From Lama guanicoe (lineage: Eukaryota), in NCBI GenBank assembly GCA_013239625.1, contig MU053594.1, positions 1,988,127 through 2,052,126 of the forward strand: a stretch of DNA of 64,000 nucleotides, read 5' to 3'. The notes beneath the pieces were generated by a model. The model was not told where the DNA came from. It saw only the letters and a program-made list of their open reading frames with translations, and did no database searches. The position numbers were made by a program, and so were the translations under genes. This document shows, piece by piece, positions 37,476 to 49,547 of the stretch; position 1 is the first letter of the stretch, and every line of letters starts with the position of its first letter.

Positions 37476-39679
37476 CTGCATATTTTTGAGCAGTTTTAAA
37501 TTGCTTGATATGAGACTATAGACTGACTATGGCTAAGATTAAATCTTGAGGGAATTCTGAGATTCTCTTCAGGACTGAAGGTTTCTGTGAAAGGCTAGTT
37601 CTGCTCTGTAAAATGTCTTTCTCTGAAATGTGAACTACGTGCAGGAGAGACAGAGACAAAGATGAAAAGAGAGGGAAGTAGCTTTAAAAAGAGAACTGAT
37701 AGTGAGCTTGGACTGCAGGTTCACAGGGATGGGTGGCTGGATGGACAGATGGACAGACAGAAGTAAAAGAGGAACCCTGAGTACTAGGATGTTTTCTTTT
37801 TGAAATGAAATATTGACCCAGCATTTCCATTGTGCCTGCTGAGCTGGCGACATCGGGGACAGGCAGCCAGTCTTCCATTGACGTCAGCAAGAGCAGATTT
37901 AAATCCCCACAGCAGAGTGCTCCGCAGCCCAGATAAATAGGGCTGGTAATTGAATTAGAAAACATTCTGAGCCGTCAGCTAATTACGCTGTTCAGGCAAT
38001 TGTTTTGCCCACGTCTGTTTCATCCTTGAATTGCTTGAGTGACTTTCTCACTGGGTGGGGGGGGGTAGTATTTCAGTGTCTGTGATAGAGGCACTTATTT
38101 TGTGTGTCCCTAAATTATGCTGCGTGTGCCTCCCGAGGGCAGTGCTCTGGCATTTCACATTATTGCATTGTTGTGTGAGCTTTATTCTAATTTGTGATTC
38201 AGTCTGATCTTTGCTTCCATGTGTATGAATGTGTACACACACATTATTCCAGTGCTCAACTGCTCTTTTCTTTCACAAAGGCAAATAACCAATCCGATTC
38301 CCCTTTTTTTCCCAGCAGCAATACAATATAACAATTCAAAAGGCCCCAGTCATGCTTAACCTATTAAAGCTATTGATGTGAAGGAAATTAACCTAGAACA
38401 GCAGCTTTAGCGTTAGAAATGAAGACTTTAAGTCAACTTGATCTTTTGATTTAAAAAAAAATCATAGAATCTTCCCATCGCAGCTCAGAGGTGTGTATCT
38501 GTTTACTCACTTCATCTTCTGGAAGACATTAGTGGCTTTAGATGTTAAAGATAGGTAATTCTATTAAATATCACAGACAAAATCTGCAGGAGAAAAGAAG
38601 GTTCATCTTCTAATAAGGATTTTTCCAGGACCAAGCCTCTGATGATAGATTTTCTCAACTTCTCCTTGTATTTAGTTCCCACCTCCTGTATAGTTTTGTC
38701 TTCGGGTTTAACTGGAAACTCGTCCTTGCTTCCTGAACACAGTATCTAGAATTTGATGCTGAATTTCTTATGCTTGTACACTGAGGAAGGAAGCATGGGA
38801 GAATCCGAATGCTTCTTGGATCTCTTGATATATCCAAGTCAAACACGTGCTTGTCCTTAGCAAGATGGTTATTCCAAACCACACATTCGTTGGACTTTGA
38901 ATTCCTTACTAAGAGTGGGAAAGAACATGTAATTTTGAGGAACTTAGAGAGTATAATGAGCAAGGAAGAAAATGGCACAAGGTGAGATGAGACAGGTAAG
39001 CAAGAGCTGCCTTTCCTAGGGTTTTGTAGGTCATGAGAAAGACTTTGGGTTTTATTCAAGACATTCTCTAGTTGCTGCTTAGTGGACAGAGCATTTAACT
39101 TAAGACACCCATAGATTTGCTTATGGATGGGCAAGTTGCTTTTCTTGCTTCGGGTACCTTGGGATGTTGGATGGATAAAATGAAATAACGTACAGTAAAT
39201 GCTTCTTCCACACCTCTGCAACTCTCCGCGTTTTTCCTCTCTTCTGAATATGTGTATTAGCACTCTGAACTTCTGTATCAGCCACTTAGTATTTAGTATA
39301 TGCTAAGTTATGCTTATGTATCATTCATACTGTGTTTTTTCCCAACTATAGATTATTAGCTTTTTGAAAACAAAGACTTTTGTGTCTTTAGGGCCAGCAC
39401 ACAAAGCCCTATAGCCCTATACATAGTAAGCACATAGGTTTTCATTTGTTTGTTTGTTTGTTTGTTAAGGATTTGAGATTTCCATTATTTAAAACTTTGT
39501 CTGCTGGCTTTTAAAAATTATTACAAGTAGCAAATAGATGATGAATAGGGGATTTAAAAAAAGCTCTGAAAGCTGTTAAATGCTATAGAAATGCTATACA
39601 GTCAACATACATTTACTAACTACACTATTACTAATAAATATGACCGTTTACTTGCTTGAAAAAAAATTATTACAAGTAA

Positions 39680-40200
39680 TATATTTCACCTGCTTTTGTG
39701 TATGTCTGAAATTTTCTCTTGTAACAAATGGAAAACAAAGTAGACTGTTAAAAAAAAAAGCAGTGTGGTGAGAAGTATAAAATAAAAATCCTCTGCTGTA
39801 TCATAGAGACTGCATAATTTTTTAATTGATATTGCTAAAGTTGCCTTTCCAGGTGGCTCTGCAGGTTTCACTGTTACAAATGGCTGTATCCGTTTCCTAA
39901 CTCCTCACCAGTGTTTGATACTGTCCGACCTTTCAGCTTTTACAAACCCAGTTATTGAGACACTGCATCTAGATTTACAGTTCCCTGATTACTAGTAAGA
40001 CAGAACATGATTTCAGATGGTTATTGGCCATTTACATTTCTCTTCTCTGTTTAATCCTTTGTCATTTTTTCCCTTCTGAATTGTTAGTCTTATTGAGTGC
40101 AGGAACACTTTATATATTCTAGATACTCATACTCTGTTACATGTATGGTAAATATTTCGTCCCAGTCTCCTTTCTTTTTACCTTTGTTTCAGCCTGCCTT
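39680..40200 (-). mobile_element. old LINE-1 fragment
   Basis: atattgctaaagttgcctttcca..atttacagttccctgattactagtaag..ttattggccattt..tttatatattctagatac. Confidence 0.65.
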
Positions 40201-41041
40201 TTGCATTCACCAGTAATGGATAGTGGTCCTTCTTCCATTTCAGGGAGGCCAGTATTTCTGTTGATGCTCTGCCTGATGTTCAGCCCAAGGTAGTTTTCTG
40301 AAACGATCTTTTATAACTCCTTCTGGGACGACCTGTCAGCATACAATCATCACCACTTACTGTCTTGGCCAGATAAACCCCTTTCGTTTTTATATTTTTT
40401 AGTTATTTTATAAATGACCTATAAAAATAAGAATAAAACGATAGTGAAAAAAAACTTCATTCAAAATTTTAATAATAATTTAAATGTAGCAACATCAAAC
40501 CTTTATTTCATATTCTCCTGGCTTTGAATATGTATATATGTATATATACACACACACACAAACACATACGCACACACACACACCTAAAATGGACACCTCT
40601 GAAGTCAGCTAACTGTTCACCTGACATACATCAGCCTGGAACATATCCATCTTGAAAACCCTGACTCTGGACTTCAGACATAGCTCTAGTAGGTTCAGGC
40701 TTATTGCTTCTGGTTCCTCTTACATTTGTATCATCAAAATGCAAAATTAGAAGGATTTTTGAAATTTTGTTGAACACAGCTATCTTATTTGCTATGTAAT
40801 TTAAACATCAGATTTATAAACATCAAAGAAAATGATAAGCCCATTGAATTTTTTATTTCTTTATTACCGATATCCTTCTAGTAACTTTGGCATACGAACC
40901 TGCCTTCAGCAGTTGTCCACTCATGAACTATATCGCATGAAATTTGGCACACAGACATCATAAAAGATGAAGGAATGTAGTCATATGCCCTTTTGGCCTA
41001 ACAGGATAGTCTGTGTTCTTGTTGCAAAATATTGCATGATG

Positions 41042-41167
41042 GGGGAGGGTAGTTCAAGTGGTAGAGCGCATGCTTAGCATGCTCAAGGTCCTGGGTTCAA
41101 TCCCCAGTACCTCCTCTAAAAATAAATAAACCTAATTACCTACCCCACCCTCACCACACCCCCTCAC
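41042..41167 (+). mobile_element. tRNA-Ala-derived camelid-type SINE
   Basis: A box tagttcaagtgg, ttAGCat loop, B box ggttcaatcc, cctaattacc tail. TSD aaatattgcatgatg (41027-41041) / aaatgttgcataatg (41168-41182). Confidence 0.92.
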
Positions 41168-41186
41168 AAATGTTGCATAATGAAGT

Positions 41187-41641
41187 TGAAGGGAAGGAAA
41201 AGTTTTCCTTCTACCCTTCTATTTTTGGTTGGCCTAATAATCCACTTGACATAAGATAGATTTATAAGAGAAAAACCAATTTCATTTTATTTGTACAGGA
41301 GCCCCGTAAAAATAGGAGACCTAAAGGCAAGTTGGGCAGTTGAGACTTCTATGCCATCCTGAGCTAAGGAATAGGATGGAGGCCTGGGTCTTTAGAGGGG
41401 CGGAGGGTCATCCGCAGGACAGTAAGAAGAGCAGATATTTGTCCTGCCACACAGATACTCAGATAAAAAAGTTATCTCTGATAATACCTCTCTTTCTGAG
41501 CCACGGTCCCTGTATAAATTCTTTTAGGGAGTTAAAGGGGAGGACAAAGTTCTTCCTAAGTCTCTTGGGCCTTATCTTCAGCTCAGAATAACCTGCATAG
41601 CAAAGCTGCACATTTTAGGGAGGCTCACCCTGGACCTTTCC
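41187..41641 (-). mobile_element. ERV1-type solo LTR (subfamily uncertain)
   Basis: Begins tgaagggaagg..ttttccttctaccct.., contains ttgacataaga.agat..aagagaaaaac and ends with cttcagctc.aata..catttt.ggg.ggc motifs recalled from laurasiatherian ERV1 LTRs. Confidence 0.6.
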
Positions 41642-43089
41642 TGTTAAATGACTAACTGAATGAGAACCCCTTCTTTCCTTTGTTGTTCTTAGAAATATAA
41701 TGTTCTCTCATCATTTCTTGAGTGAGAAAATTCATCTAGTATATTGTCATCTAAAGACTCATAGTCTGAAATTTTGCTTGTATGATAAAGTTTACCATCA
41801 TCATTAGAATCTCGAATGCTACTATTTGTCTCTTAACATTCATCTTCTGATTTGTCTAGTGATTGTGAAACCTCTTTCTCTGTCAATTTTCTTCTCTTTG
41901 GCATTATGGAAAGAAGCTATGTTCAGTGAAAGCTAAATGCAGATGAGAAAGATAGTGTCTCAAGTCTTTTGTACCTTATTGAAAGATAATGCATACTTTG
42001 AACAGTGCAATGAGAAAAATGAAAGTTAATGCAATAGTGATTAATTATATCTCTTTTGCATCCTTTTTGGTGGTTTCATTATTCTTTCTTCTTCCTATCA
42101 TGTCTTTTTTTTTTAAGTATAGTTGTAAATAATCCAAGATGTAGAAAAAAATAAGACTGCTAAGATCCTTATAAAATTACTTAAATTTATAAAAAGTTGC
42201 AATGGATCCATAGGGTCCTTCAAGGTAGAATGAGTTTTATTCTATTTTTGAAAATACGCATAATTTCCCTTTGTTCTTTGCAAGACTCTAAAAGAATAAA
42301 ATTATGAAATAACAATCCTCCCAAAGAGTAAGGAATTGTTCCAAAAAGAAAGTGAAAAAGTAAAATTAGGCTCCAATGGACCTAATGTTACACCAAGGAC
42401 TGAGATGACCAGAAATACATGCTGAGTGTACTAGTAGAGCTTTTGTGGCAGAGTTGGCTGGAGTGGCCATGACGCCTAATTCGGCTTAGCCCTCTCTTCG
42501 CTGCACCGAAGCCTGCGGGAGTTCGCTCTGGCTTACAGCTTTCTGTCCTGACCTTCCCCTTATCTGTGCAGCCTGAACAGAAAGAATAAATTAACTTCTT
42601 TTTGACTGAGGTAGGTGCTTCCTCCTCCTGTTCATTTTGTTTGCAGGGGCCCTGCTTTATCTTGTGTGTCTCTCTTCTAAGCCTCTTTTCTCTTATCGAA
42701 GCCCTTGAGCCGTTAGCTGTTGAAGTGAAGTGCATCTCTGTTGAGCACAGAGCTCTGCCAGCATCGCAGTTGGGAAGAATCTCTGAGAGGTGTGTATGCC
42801 AAGCACGATATCATTGTGTGCAGGCAGCGGAGGAGCCTGCCAAGCCCAGGGGTAGGCTGCCAGTTCAAATGCCACGTTGACATGACATTTACAAGTTGAG
42901 AGTCTGGAAGAGGACTGGCAGTGAGTGCAACACCCTTCAGCTACCTCATTTAGGTTGGCAGTAGCTGGGCCAACGTTTGATTTTTAGACTCAGAAATCAT
43001 AGTCAAGAAGCAATACTTCGTGTAGAATTTAAAACGATCACTGCCACTTTTTCTAGAAAGTGATGAATCCTGTTCCTGGAATGCAGGAT

Positions 43090-43295
43090 AAACCAAAGAA
43101 TATGGACTCAAATCTGAATTTGAATAAGGGCTCTATCATTTACTGTGTGACCCTGATCAAGTTACTTAATCTGCTAAAGTCCCATCTATAAAATAGGCGT
43201 AATACCACTTTCCTCCTGAGGATTAAATCCTATCTTTAACAGTATTAGCAGTTAATACTAGTGCCTTTTAAATACTAAGTATGCGATAAATGTGA
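43090..43295 (+). mobile_element. MIR SINE
   Basis: catttactgtgtgaccctgatcaagttacttaatct..catctataaaatagg..gaggattaaat. Confidence 0.7.
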
Positions 43296-43868
43296 GATGT
43301 TTTTCACATTCTTTAGAAACTCAGGAGAAATTCAAGTTTTGAGCTGTTCCTGTCTATATTTTAGAAAAGAGTAAAAAGGCTCTCTTTGACTTAAGAATTG
43401 CTGGAACACTGTGCGCGGGAAGCCCAGCACGTGGTTTTCTTTACCTCTTTAGGAAAACTTAGAGCTGGAATCAGGATCATTTGAGCATCTCGCACCTCTG
43501 CACTTTCTTAGCTACAGAAACCCTTTGGGTGTTAAGAATTTGTTTTAGTAATAGCAGTCCTTTGATTGACTTGGTACATTTCTGTGCAAATTCTAATGTG
43601 AAGTGCAGACCTAGAGCTGTTCTGAAGGCTATCCTGTGACTTCCTAGACTGTCAATTTGGTGCAGGTGAGAAGGTGCCTGGTCTTGATTAATTAAGTCTT
43701 CTATCAAGATCTGGTAGCTAAATAACAGACTTTTCTATGCTGCTTATCTAAAATATAATCCTCACCATAGCACTTGGTTTATTTCCTTTAATCATTTTCA
43801 ATACCATTAGTAAATTTTCTCAAATGACAAAATTCTGTCTTTTTTTTTTTTCCCCTCTTGTTTTCCAG

Positions 43869-43992
43869 ATCTTCAAAGCTGTTGCGGGCATTCTATGTTC
43901 CCTTCCTGTCAGATCAGTATACAGTGTATGCAAACTACACCATCCTCAAACCCCGGAAAGCAAAGCAAATCAGGAAGAAAAGCGGAGGTTAG
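43869..43992 (+). CDS. ALG9: ALG9 terminal coding exon to stop codon
   Basis: Long polypyrimidine tract and ttttccag| acceptor. AG+A completes Arg, then SSKLLRAFYVPFLSDQYTVYANYTILKPRKAKQIRKKSGG*, TAG at 43990-43992. The ORF track lists only a different frame here. Confidence 0.97.
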
Positions 43993-44083
43993 CAACAAGC
44001 CTGTGGCCCCAAAGGACAGCCGTCCTGTTAACTGGTGATTCCACTGGCAGGACTCCCTCCAAGCCATCGCTTGTAACATTTGT

Positions 44084-44089
44084 AATAAA
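44084..44089 (+). terminator. proximal polyadenylation signal of ALG9
   Basis: AATAAA ~90 nt after the stop codon, preceded by TGTA motifs (ttgtaacatttgtaataaag) and followed by GT-rich sequence. Confidence 0.65.
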
Positions 44090-45024
44090 GGCCGTCTGAC
44101 ACGAATGCTGGAATCTGGGTGCTTTGGGCTAGTCAAAGTCAGTCACATTCATTTCTTGCCTGTGTCTCTGTTCTGCATGTAAACTTTGTGCAGCGAGGTG
44201 GAGAAAGGCCCCGAAGTTGGGGTGGATATATTGCTCCACATCTCATTCTTTCTCTTCTGTTCAATTATTTACTAGACCGGAGAAGAGCAGAGCCAGCTTC
44301 CAGGAAGAACTGAAAACCCCGGGACTGGATGGCTGGGTTGAGCAGTTCTCCACACTCCGGCCTGGCACCCGGGAGCTAGCCTCCCTGGGGCCGTGCGAGC
44401 TTCTCCACCAAAGCTCTCTGGCAGCTCCTAGCAGACTTTCTTGTTCAAATCCTAGTGCTGACAATGAGCACAGCCTAGTTGCCAGCCTACATGTCCTTCT
44501 CATCTCCAGCAAGACTAAGCTTTCGTAAAGCACTTCACAGGACTAGGACCCTGTCCTGGAGATATCTCAGGAAAAAGGCAACCATTTGAGGAACTGTGAC
44601 TTAATTTCATTATATAAGATGCCTCTTATTTTCATTTTATTTCCCCTACAACAAACTGGAACTGTATGGTGGTGGATTTTTTTTATGTTTTAGCATGCTA
44701 TTTTTTTTAATTCAATACTTCCCTGTATAAAGGTATCAACAGGTCAGACCATAACTGTACAGGACATATTTGGAGAAAATTAATTCTATTGATTGGTAGA
44801 TTTGGGTGACATCACATTTTTAAGTAATTTATTCTGAGGAAATTAAGAATCTCCCTTTTTTTTTTTTAAACAACCCTAGGGAAAAAGACCAGTGTATATT
44901 TATAGCAGCTATTTTGAGTCTCTCTATTGCAAAGCACATCCTGCATGGGGCACCTCTAGTCAAATAGGCAACAATAAGGACCTGATTAAAACATAGTAAG
45001 TCTATGCTTTACTTTGCCTTTACG

Positions 45025-45240
45025 TACAGTATTTCCTAGTTTACAAAGCACTTTCACATCGTCTCATTTGATCCTCACAGTCAGGACGTGAGGTAGATAA
45101 GGCAAGTGGTTTTATCCCCATCTTACTGATGAAGAAACTGAGACTAGAGGGCAGGGAGAGGAAAAGTGACTTGCCCGGGGCCACACAGCCGGTGAGTGGC
45201 GGCGCTAAGACTGGAAGCCAGTTTGCCTCACTTCTCATCT
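45025..45240 (-). mobile_element. MIR SINE within putative ALG9 3' UTR
   Basis: tttacaaagcactttcacat..tctcatttgatcctcac..gtgaggtagat..ccccatcttactgatgaagaaactgagact..aagtgacttgcccggggccacacagc. Confidence 0.85.
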
Positions 45241-47317
45241 AGTCTCCTACACACTTCCTCACTCGACTCAAAGCATTACTTGAAGGAATGATAAGGCTGG
45301 CCAGAGACCTGACGCATAATGTAACTTTCTATTTTAAGGAAGAATTTTATCTGTGTTTCTTCGAGTTCCTTGGAGCCTCCAGTCTGCCTGTTGGTTGGAG
45401 CATCACAGCGGTTCTCTCCTGGATGCAGCCTGGCCTGTGGCAGGAAAGCAGTGCTCGTGTTTGGAAGTCATGCTCTTTGCAGCCACACGGGCTCCAGTAT
45501 CAGTTGCATTCCTGCAGTCAGTCTGGGGTCACCCTGCAGTGCCTTATTTCCCTAATGGTAATTGTGTCTTGTATCTGCAAATAGGATGAATCTGGTTTTC
45601 AGATCTTCCATCTTTCATTTTTCAATAGGAACTGATCGCAAGAGAGGGGAAAAGAAGTGATAAGGGGAGAAATGGCTACTTAACCGTATACAGCCTCCCC
45701 TTGAGGATCCCCTCTAAAGGAATCCCCGGGATGGGGTGGAAGCACTGGTGAGGCAATAGGCCTAGATGGTGTAGAATGATGGTAACAGGAGAGTGAAGAT
45801 AAACCGGGGTCCCACTTGCTGCTCTAAAGATCTCTGGCATTTAATTTTCAGTGCTTGATTACTGTTTTCCAAGGCAGATATTGGCACATGTGGTCTGACT
45901 ACAGGATGGAGAATTTTCAGTGACATACCTTTCCATACCTGTAGTAATGGTACACCGTCCTTCACAGTGGCTAAAGCTCTCCACAGTTTGCAGTAGTAAA
46001 TTAGAGAGTACCGTCATGCAGGTCCATGATGAGTGGCTTTTTTCTAATCAAAGTGGTACAATGCTGATCTGTTTTATCATCTTGCATGTTACAAAAAGAA
46101 AAAAAAAAGGTCGTGATTGAGCCAGGGTTTCCTTGGGAGTATCTGTTTCTGTCTCTTTTAAAACCTGGTTTTGGTTTTCTCTGTTCTGTGTGTATTTTTA
46201 GTGAGAGCACAATTAATTGCAAAACACTGTGCCAGATTCTATAGGTAAGGAATATAAAAATGAATGGTTTTTTTGTTGTGAAGATCTTTTTCCTGTGATA
46301 TATAAATGCATTAAAAAAAATCTCCATCTCAGCAACACTGGGAGATTAGCTTTGCCTGGGAAAAGAGTTTCAAAACACCTGGTCAGTGTAGCATCTCTCC
46401 TCCAAACAACCAGTGTTCAGCATGAGCTGACTGCTCTGTTCACTGTGAGGATAAAGAATCTGAGGTACTTTTTTCTCTGTAGATTGTTGACTGTCAAGGA
46501 ATGAAGGGCTACAGATTATTGGTAAAAAACCTTTGATTATGGTGCTGAGGGAGGGAGCCGGATGTATTGGCAATTCCAGGGCACCCTAATCTCCAGATCT
46601 TAAGCAGCCTTGTCTGAACCCCAGATCTTATGACACTGAGTCCATTACTGAACCAGCCTGTGTAGTCGCATCTTATCAGAGTTCACCTGTCACCCAGCAG
46701 GTGTCATCTGGTAAGAAAGAACAGTGATTTTAATCTCTAGCGATAATAACAGAAAATTGAAGCCCATGCTCTTCATTGCTGAGTTCAAGTTTAGAAACCG
46801 ATTGTTTTTCAGTCCAGGTGGTTTTTGACCCCAGCCATTTATTTGAGTCATATTTTTTTTCTAGCTTAGAGTTCTGGGAAAGACCCTTGAAAACCCCATG
46901 TGATTCTGCGTAACTGGATCAGCCATTTGGGCAAAGCACAAATGGAAAGCCTTTATTGTGTTTTGCATTTCATGGAACTTACTGAAATAAGAATTCACTG
47001 TGATTGTACTGTCTTCTGGCCAGTGTCAGGCAGCTGTGCTGTAAATTTGGTTAATTTTATTTTCTCTGAAGAGAGAAAAGAGGCACAATTTAATCTTTGC
47101 CTCCACAGGCATATTAAAGCTCATGTGTTAATTCATTCTTACTCTCCTACGTCAAATGCCTTGGGGAGATGCAGAAATGGACATGTGCTCAGCTATATTA
47201 TTATTATTTTTGTGTGTGCAACAGAAAGACCTGACTTCTATGGGGCATTGTTGGATTTCGGAGGCTCTCTGGCGTTTTGGTAAATCTAAATGAATGTTGC
47301 CTTTAACTTTTCTAATA

Positions 47318-47348
47318 TAATATAATATTATATATATATATATATATA
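47318..47348. repeat. (TA)n microsatellite
   Basis: taatataatattatatatatatatatatatata. Confidence 0.85.
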
Positions 47349-47506
47349 CATAAAACCATGTGATTCATGCTGCAAGTGAAATCAGGAAGCAGTAAGGTGT
47401 TGAAGCGAGAGTATCGTCCAGTTCATTTGTCTTCCTGATCCTTGTACTTTATTTCACATGTCAGTGTTTACATTGCATATTGTATTTTCTGTGAAAGAAA
47501 AAGTTA

Positions 47507-47512
47507 AATAAA
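47507..47512 (+). terminator. distal polyadenylation signal of ALG9
   Basis: AATAAA with upstream TGTA-containing T-rich elements and downstream gtttgattttccttttcc. Confidence 0.6.
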
Positions 47513-49547
47513 TCTTGGCTGTTTGATTTTCCTTTTCCTAAGATGGTATTTTTCTCTTGTGCTTTTAGCTTTTAGATCTTTGATGGAGACTGAAACCTGA
47601 AGGAGCTGAACTCCTTCCATCTCCCCCATTTCCACCCTTCAGTGGCTTTCTATAGACCAAATAGCCTAGAATGGTCTTTCTGAAAACTGAGAAAAAGCTG
47701 TTGGAAAACCCAGTGTAGGTTAGTTTTATTTTGTGGAAAAACCAAGCATAGTGGGAATTACTCAGTGTGTCAACGTTGTCCCTAAAAGAGACAGTTTCTG
47801 GATCCATGTTATGTTTTTGGATTAAGAGTCTCTGACTTTGAGAGTCTTGATATTCATAGAAATGTGGGTCTAGTAATATATAACATTTTTAGGTAATTTA
47901 CCACTTTGGGTCAGGGGTTGTCAAGAGAAATAAAACTTTATTTGTGAATGAATTTCTAACTTTCCTATACCTTGTAACTTATAGCCAATAATAGTAGCCA
48001 TATGGTTTTATACCACTGGTTACCAGTTTTCTTTCCTCAGGACCCAAAATGCCCATGAAGCTTGATTTATTTCTCCCAAGTTGTTTTAGAGAAGGATACT
48101 TTATTCATATAATTCCAGGATACGGAAGTCTACAGCCTTAGTGAATTTCTTTTCCCTGCCTAGCAGGTCATCCTTCTCTCCGCTTGTTACTCTTACTTTT
48201 AGGGCCATCTTGAGTCTCCCTCTCTTCTATGAAGCCTTTCCAGACTTTAGACCCCTGTGATTACTTCCTTTCCTAAACCCTCTGGAGTACCTCATGCCTT
48301 TACTAATGCATACAGTCTTAGCATGTAGCCCTTGTAAACCTGTCTCTCAGGAATATTGTTGGCATGTCTAGAGGCAAAGACCATATCACACTTCTGTGTA
48401 TTCCCTGAACATTTTGGTACTGTACATATTTATTGACAATGAAGAAAGAAAGGTACAAAGAAACTTGCAGCTAATAGGTAACTCCTGCTTTCAGTTTGGT
48501 AGATTTCTAGAGCACAGAATATATGGCATGTCTGAAGTCCTATGGTACTCAAAAGGCAATTTGGAAGATGTGAGTTAGACTCAATACTGTGTATATTTTA
48601 GGAATTCTGAAGGACACATGCTTTCACACAAAGGTGGATTCTTCAGCATACCTTCTAAAAAGACAAGCTGGGTGCCTTTATAGAATATTTCTACTATTAC
48701 TTGATTTTGGGGAGTCAGACAGCCCTGGCGACCTTCTGAGTGAGTCAGGGGCAGGACCTCCAGGTTTGAGGAGGTGCTACATTCCTCCTAGCTCCATGCC
48801 CTGCCAGGAGAAGAGATCTAACTGCACGATGACTTCGTGGTGATACATTCAGATTCAATAATATCAAGTAGCAAGTGATTCTTTAAAACTGGAAGCTATT
48901 TTGGCTCTCTTCAGCTGTGGAGCTCAACATAGACCTGACCCTGAAACAAATTAAAACCAACGGATTTGATCAATGAAATGAGGGGAATTCAGATAAGAAC
49001 TATGAGAATTCAGAATTGTAATGATATGGGCAGACTGGGAACTCCTGCTGTAGCTCCTTGTGATTAAATTAACAAACAGGTTAAATAGCGCTTTACCTGT
49101 ATGAGCATTTTTAGAAAATTTTATGCAAATCCTAAGGTATCTTCATAAAATACCTCACGGTGGAGGGGTTTTTTGTTTGTTCATTTTTGCTCCTAATTTC
49201 TGGGCTGCTTGTTCGGTCATTACATGTCTGGAGATAAAAGTATAAACCAAGTGACTCTTGCTGATCCTAACAGCCAAAAGACTGTGTGAGATAAAACTAA
49301 CTTCTTCTGACAAGGGCTTCTTGCAGACCTATAACCATGATTCCATCCATTACCTGCTTAGGTGGTTCTCTTTGACCTCGCTTTGCCTGCAGAATCAGTT
49401 TTTGGCAATTTGTACCACTGGCCCATAATTTGCCATTTTTAACTCTTGAATCCCAGGTTGCCAAATGAGAAGAGTGTGGTTTTTAGTCTGTTTGATGGCT
49501 GCTTCAGCAGGATTATAACTCAGTGCTGGAGAAGATGGGACCCACAG

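Larger units (their letters stand above)
43993..47535 (+). other. ALG9: ALG9 3' UTR (putative long form)
   Basis: Largely repeat-poor sequence after the stop codon, ending at an AATAAA with upstream TGTA and downstream T/GT-rich elements. The 3' end is inferred. Confidence 0.6.

Noticed and set aside
38655..39263. 202-aa minus-strand ORF
   Set aside because: Non-ATG start, no recognisable domain or splice structure, and it overlaps L2-like decayed sequence.
41042..41115. Apparent tRNA-Ala(AGC) gene (also 21100-21169, 25392-25465, 54084-54162)
   Set aside because: Each copy has a degenerate acceptor stem, a SINE tail or poly-A, and TSDs. They are tRNA-derived SINEs, not tRNA genes.
42625..42880. 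Possible cryptic ALG9 exon after tcattttgtttgcag
   Set aside because: An acceptor-like site only, with no recognisable coding similarity or convincing donor. It cannot be supported without RNA data.
43972..43992. C-terminal RKKSGG as a KKxx ER-retrieval signal
   Set aside because: The lysines are at -4 and -5, not the canonical -3/-4 or -3/-5.
43824..44099. 91-aa ORF over the ALG9 last exon
   Set aside because: Wrong frame and it starts inside the intron's polypyrimidine tract. The ALG9 frame ends at TAG 43990-43992.
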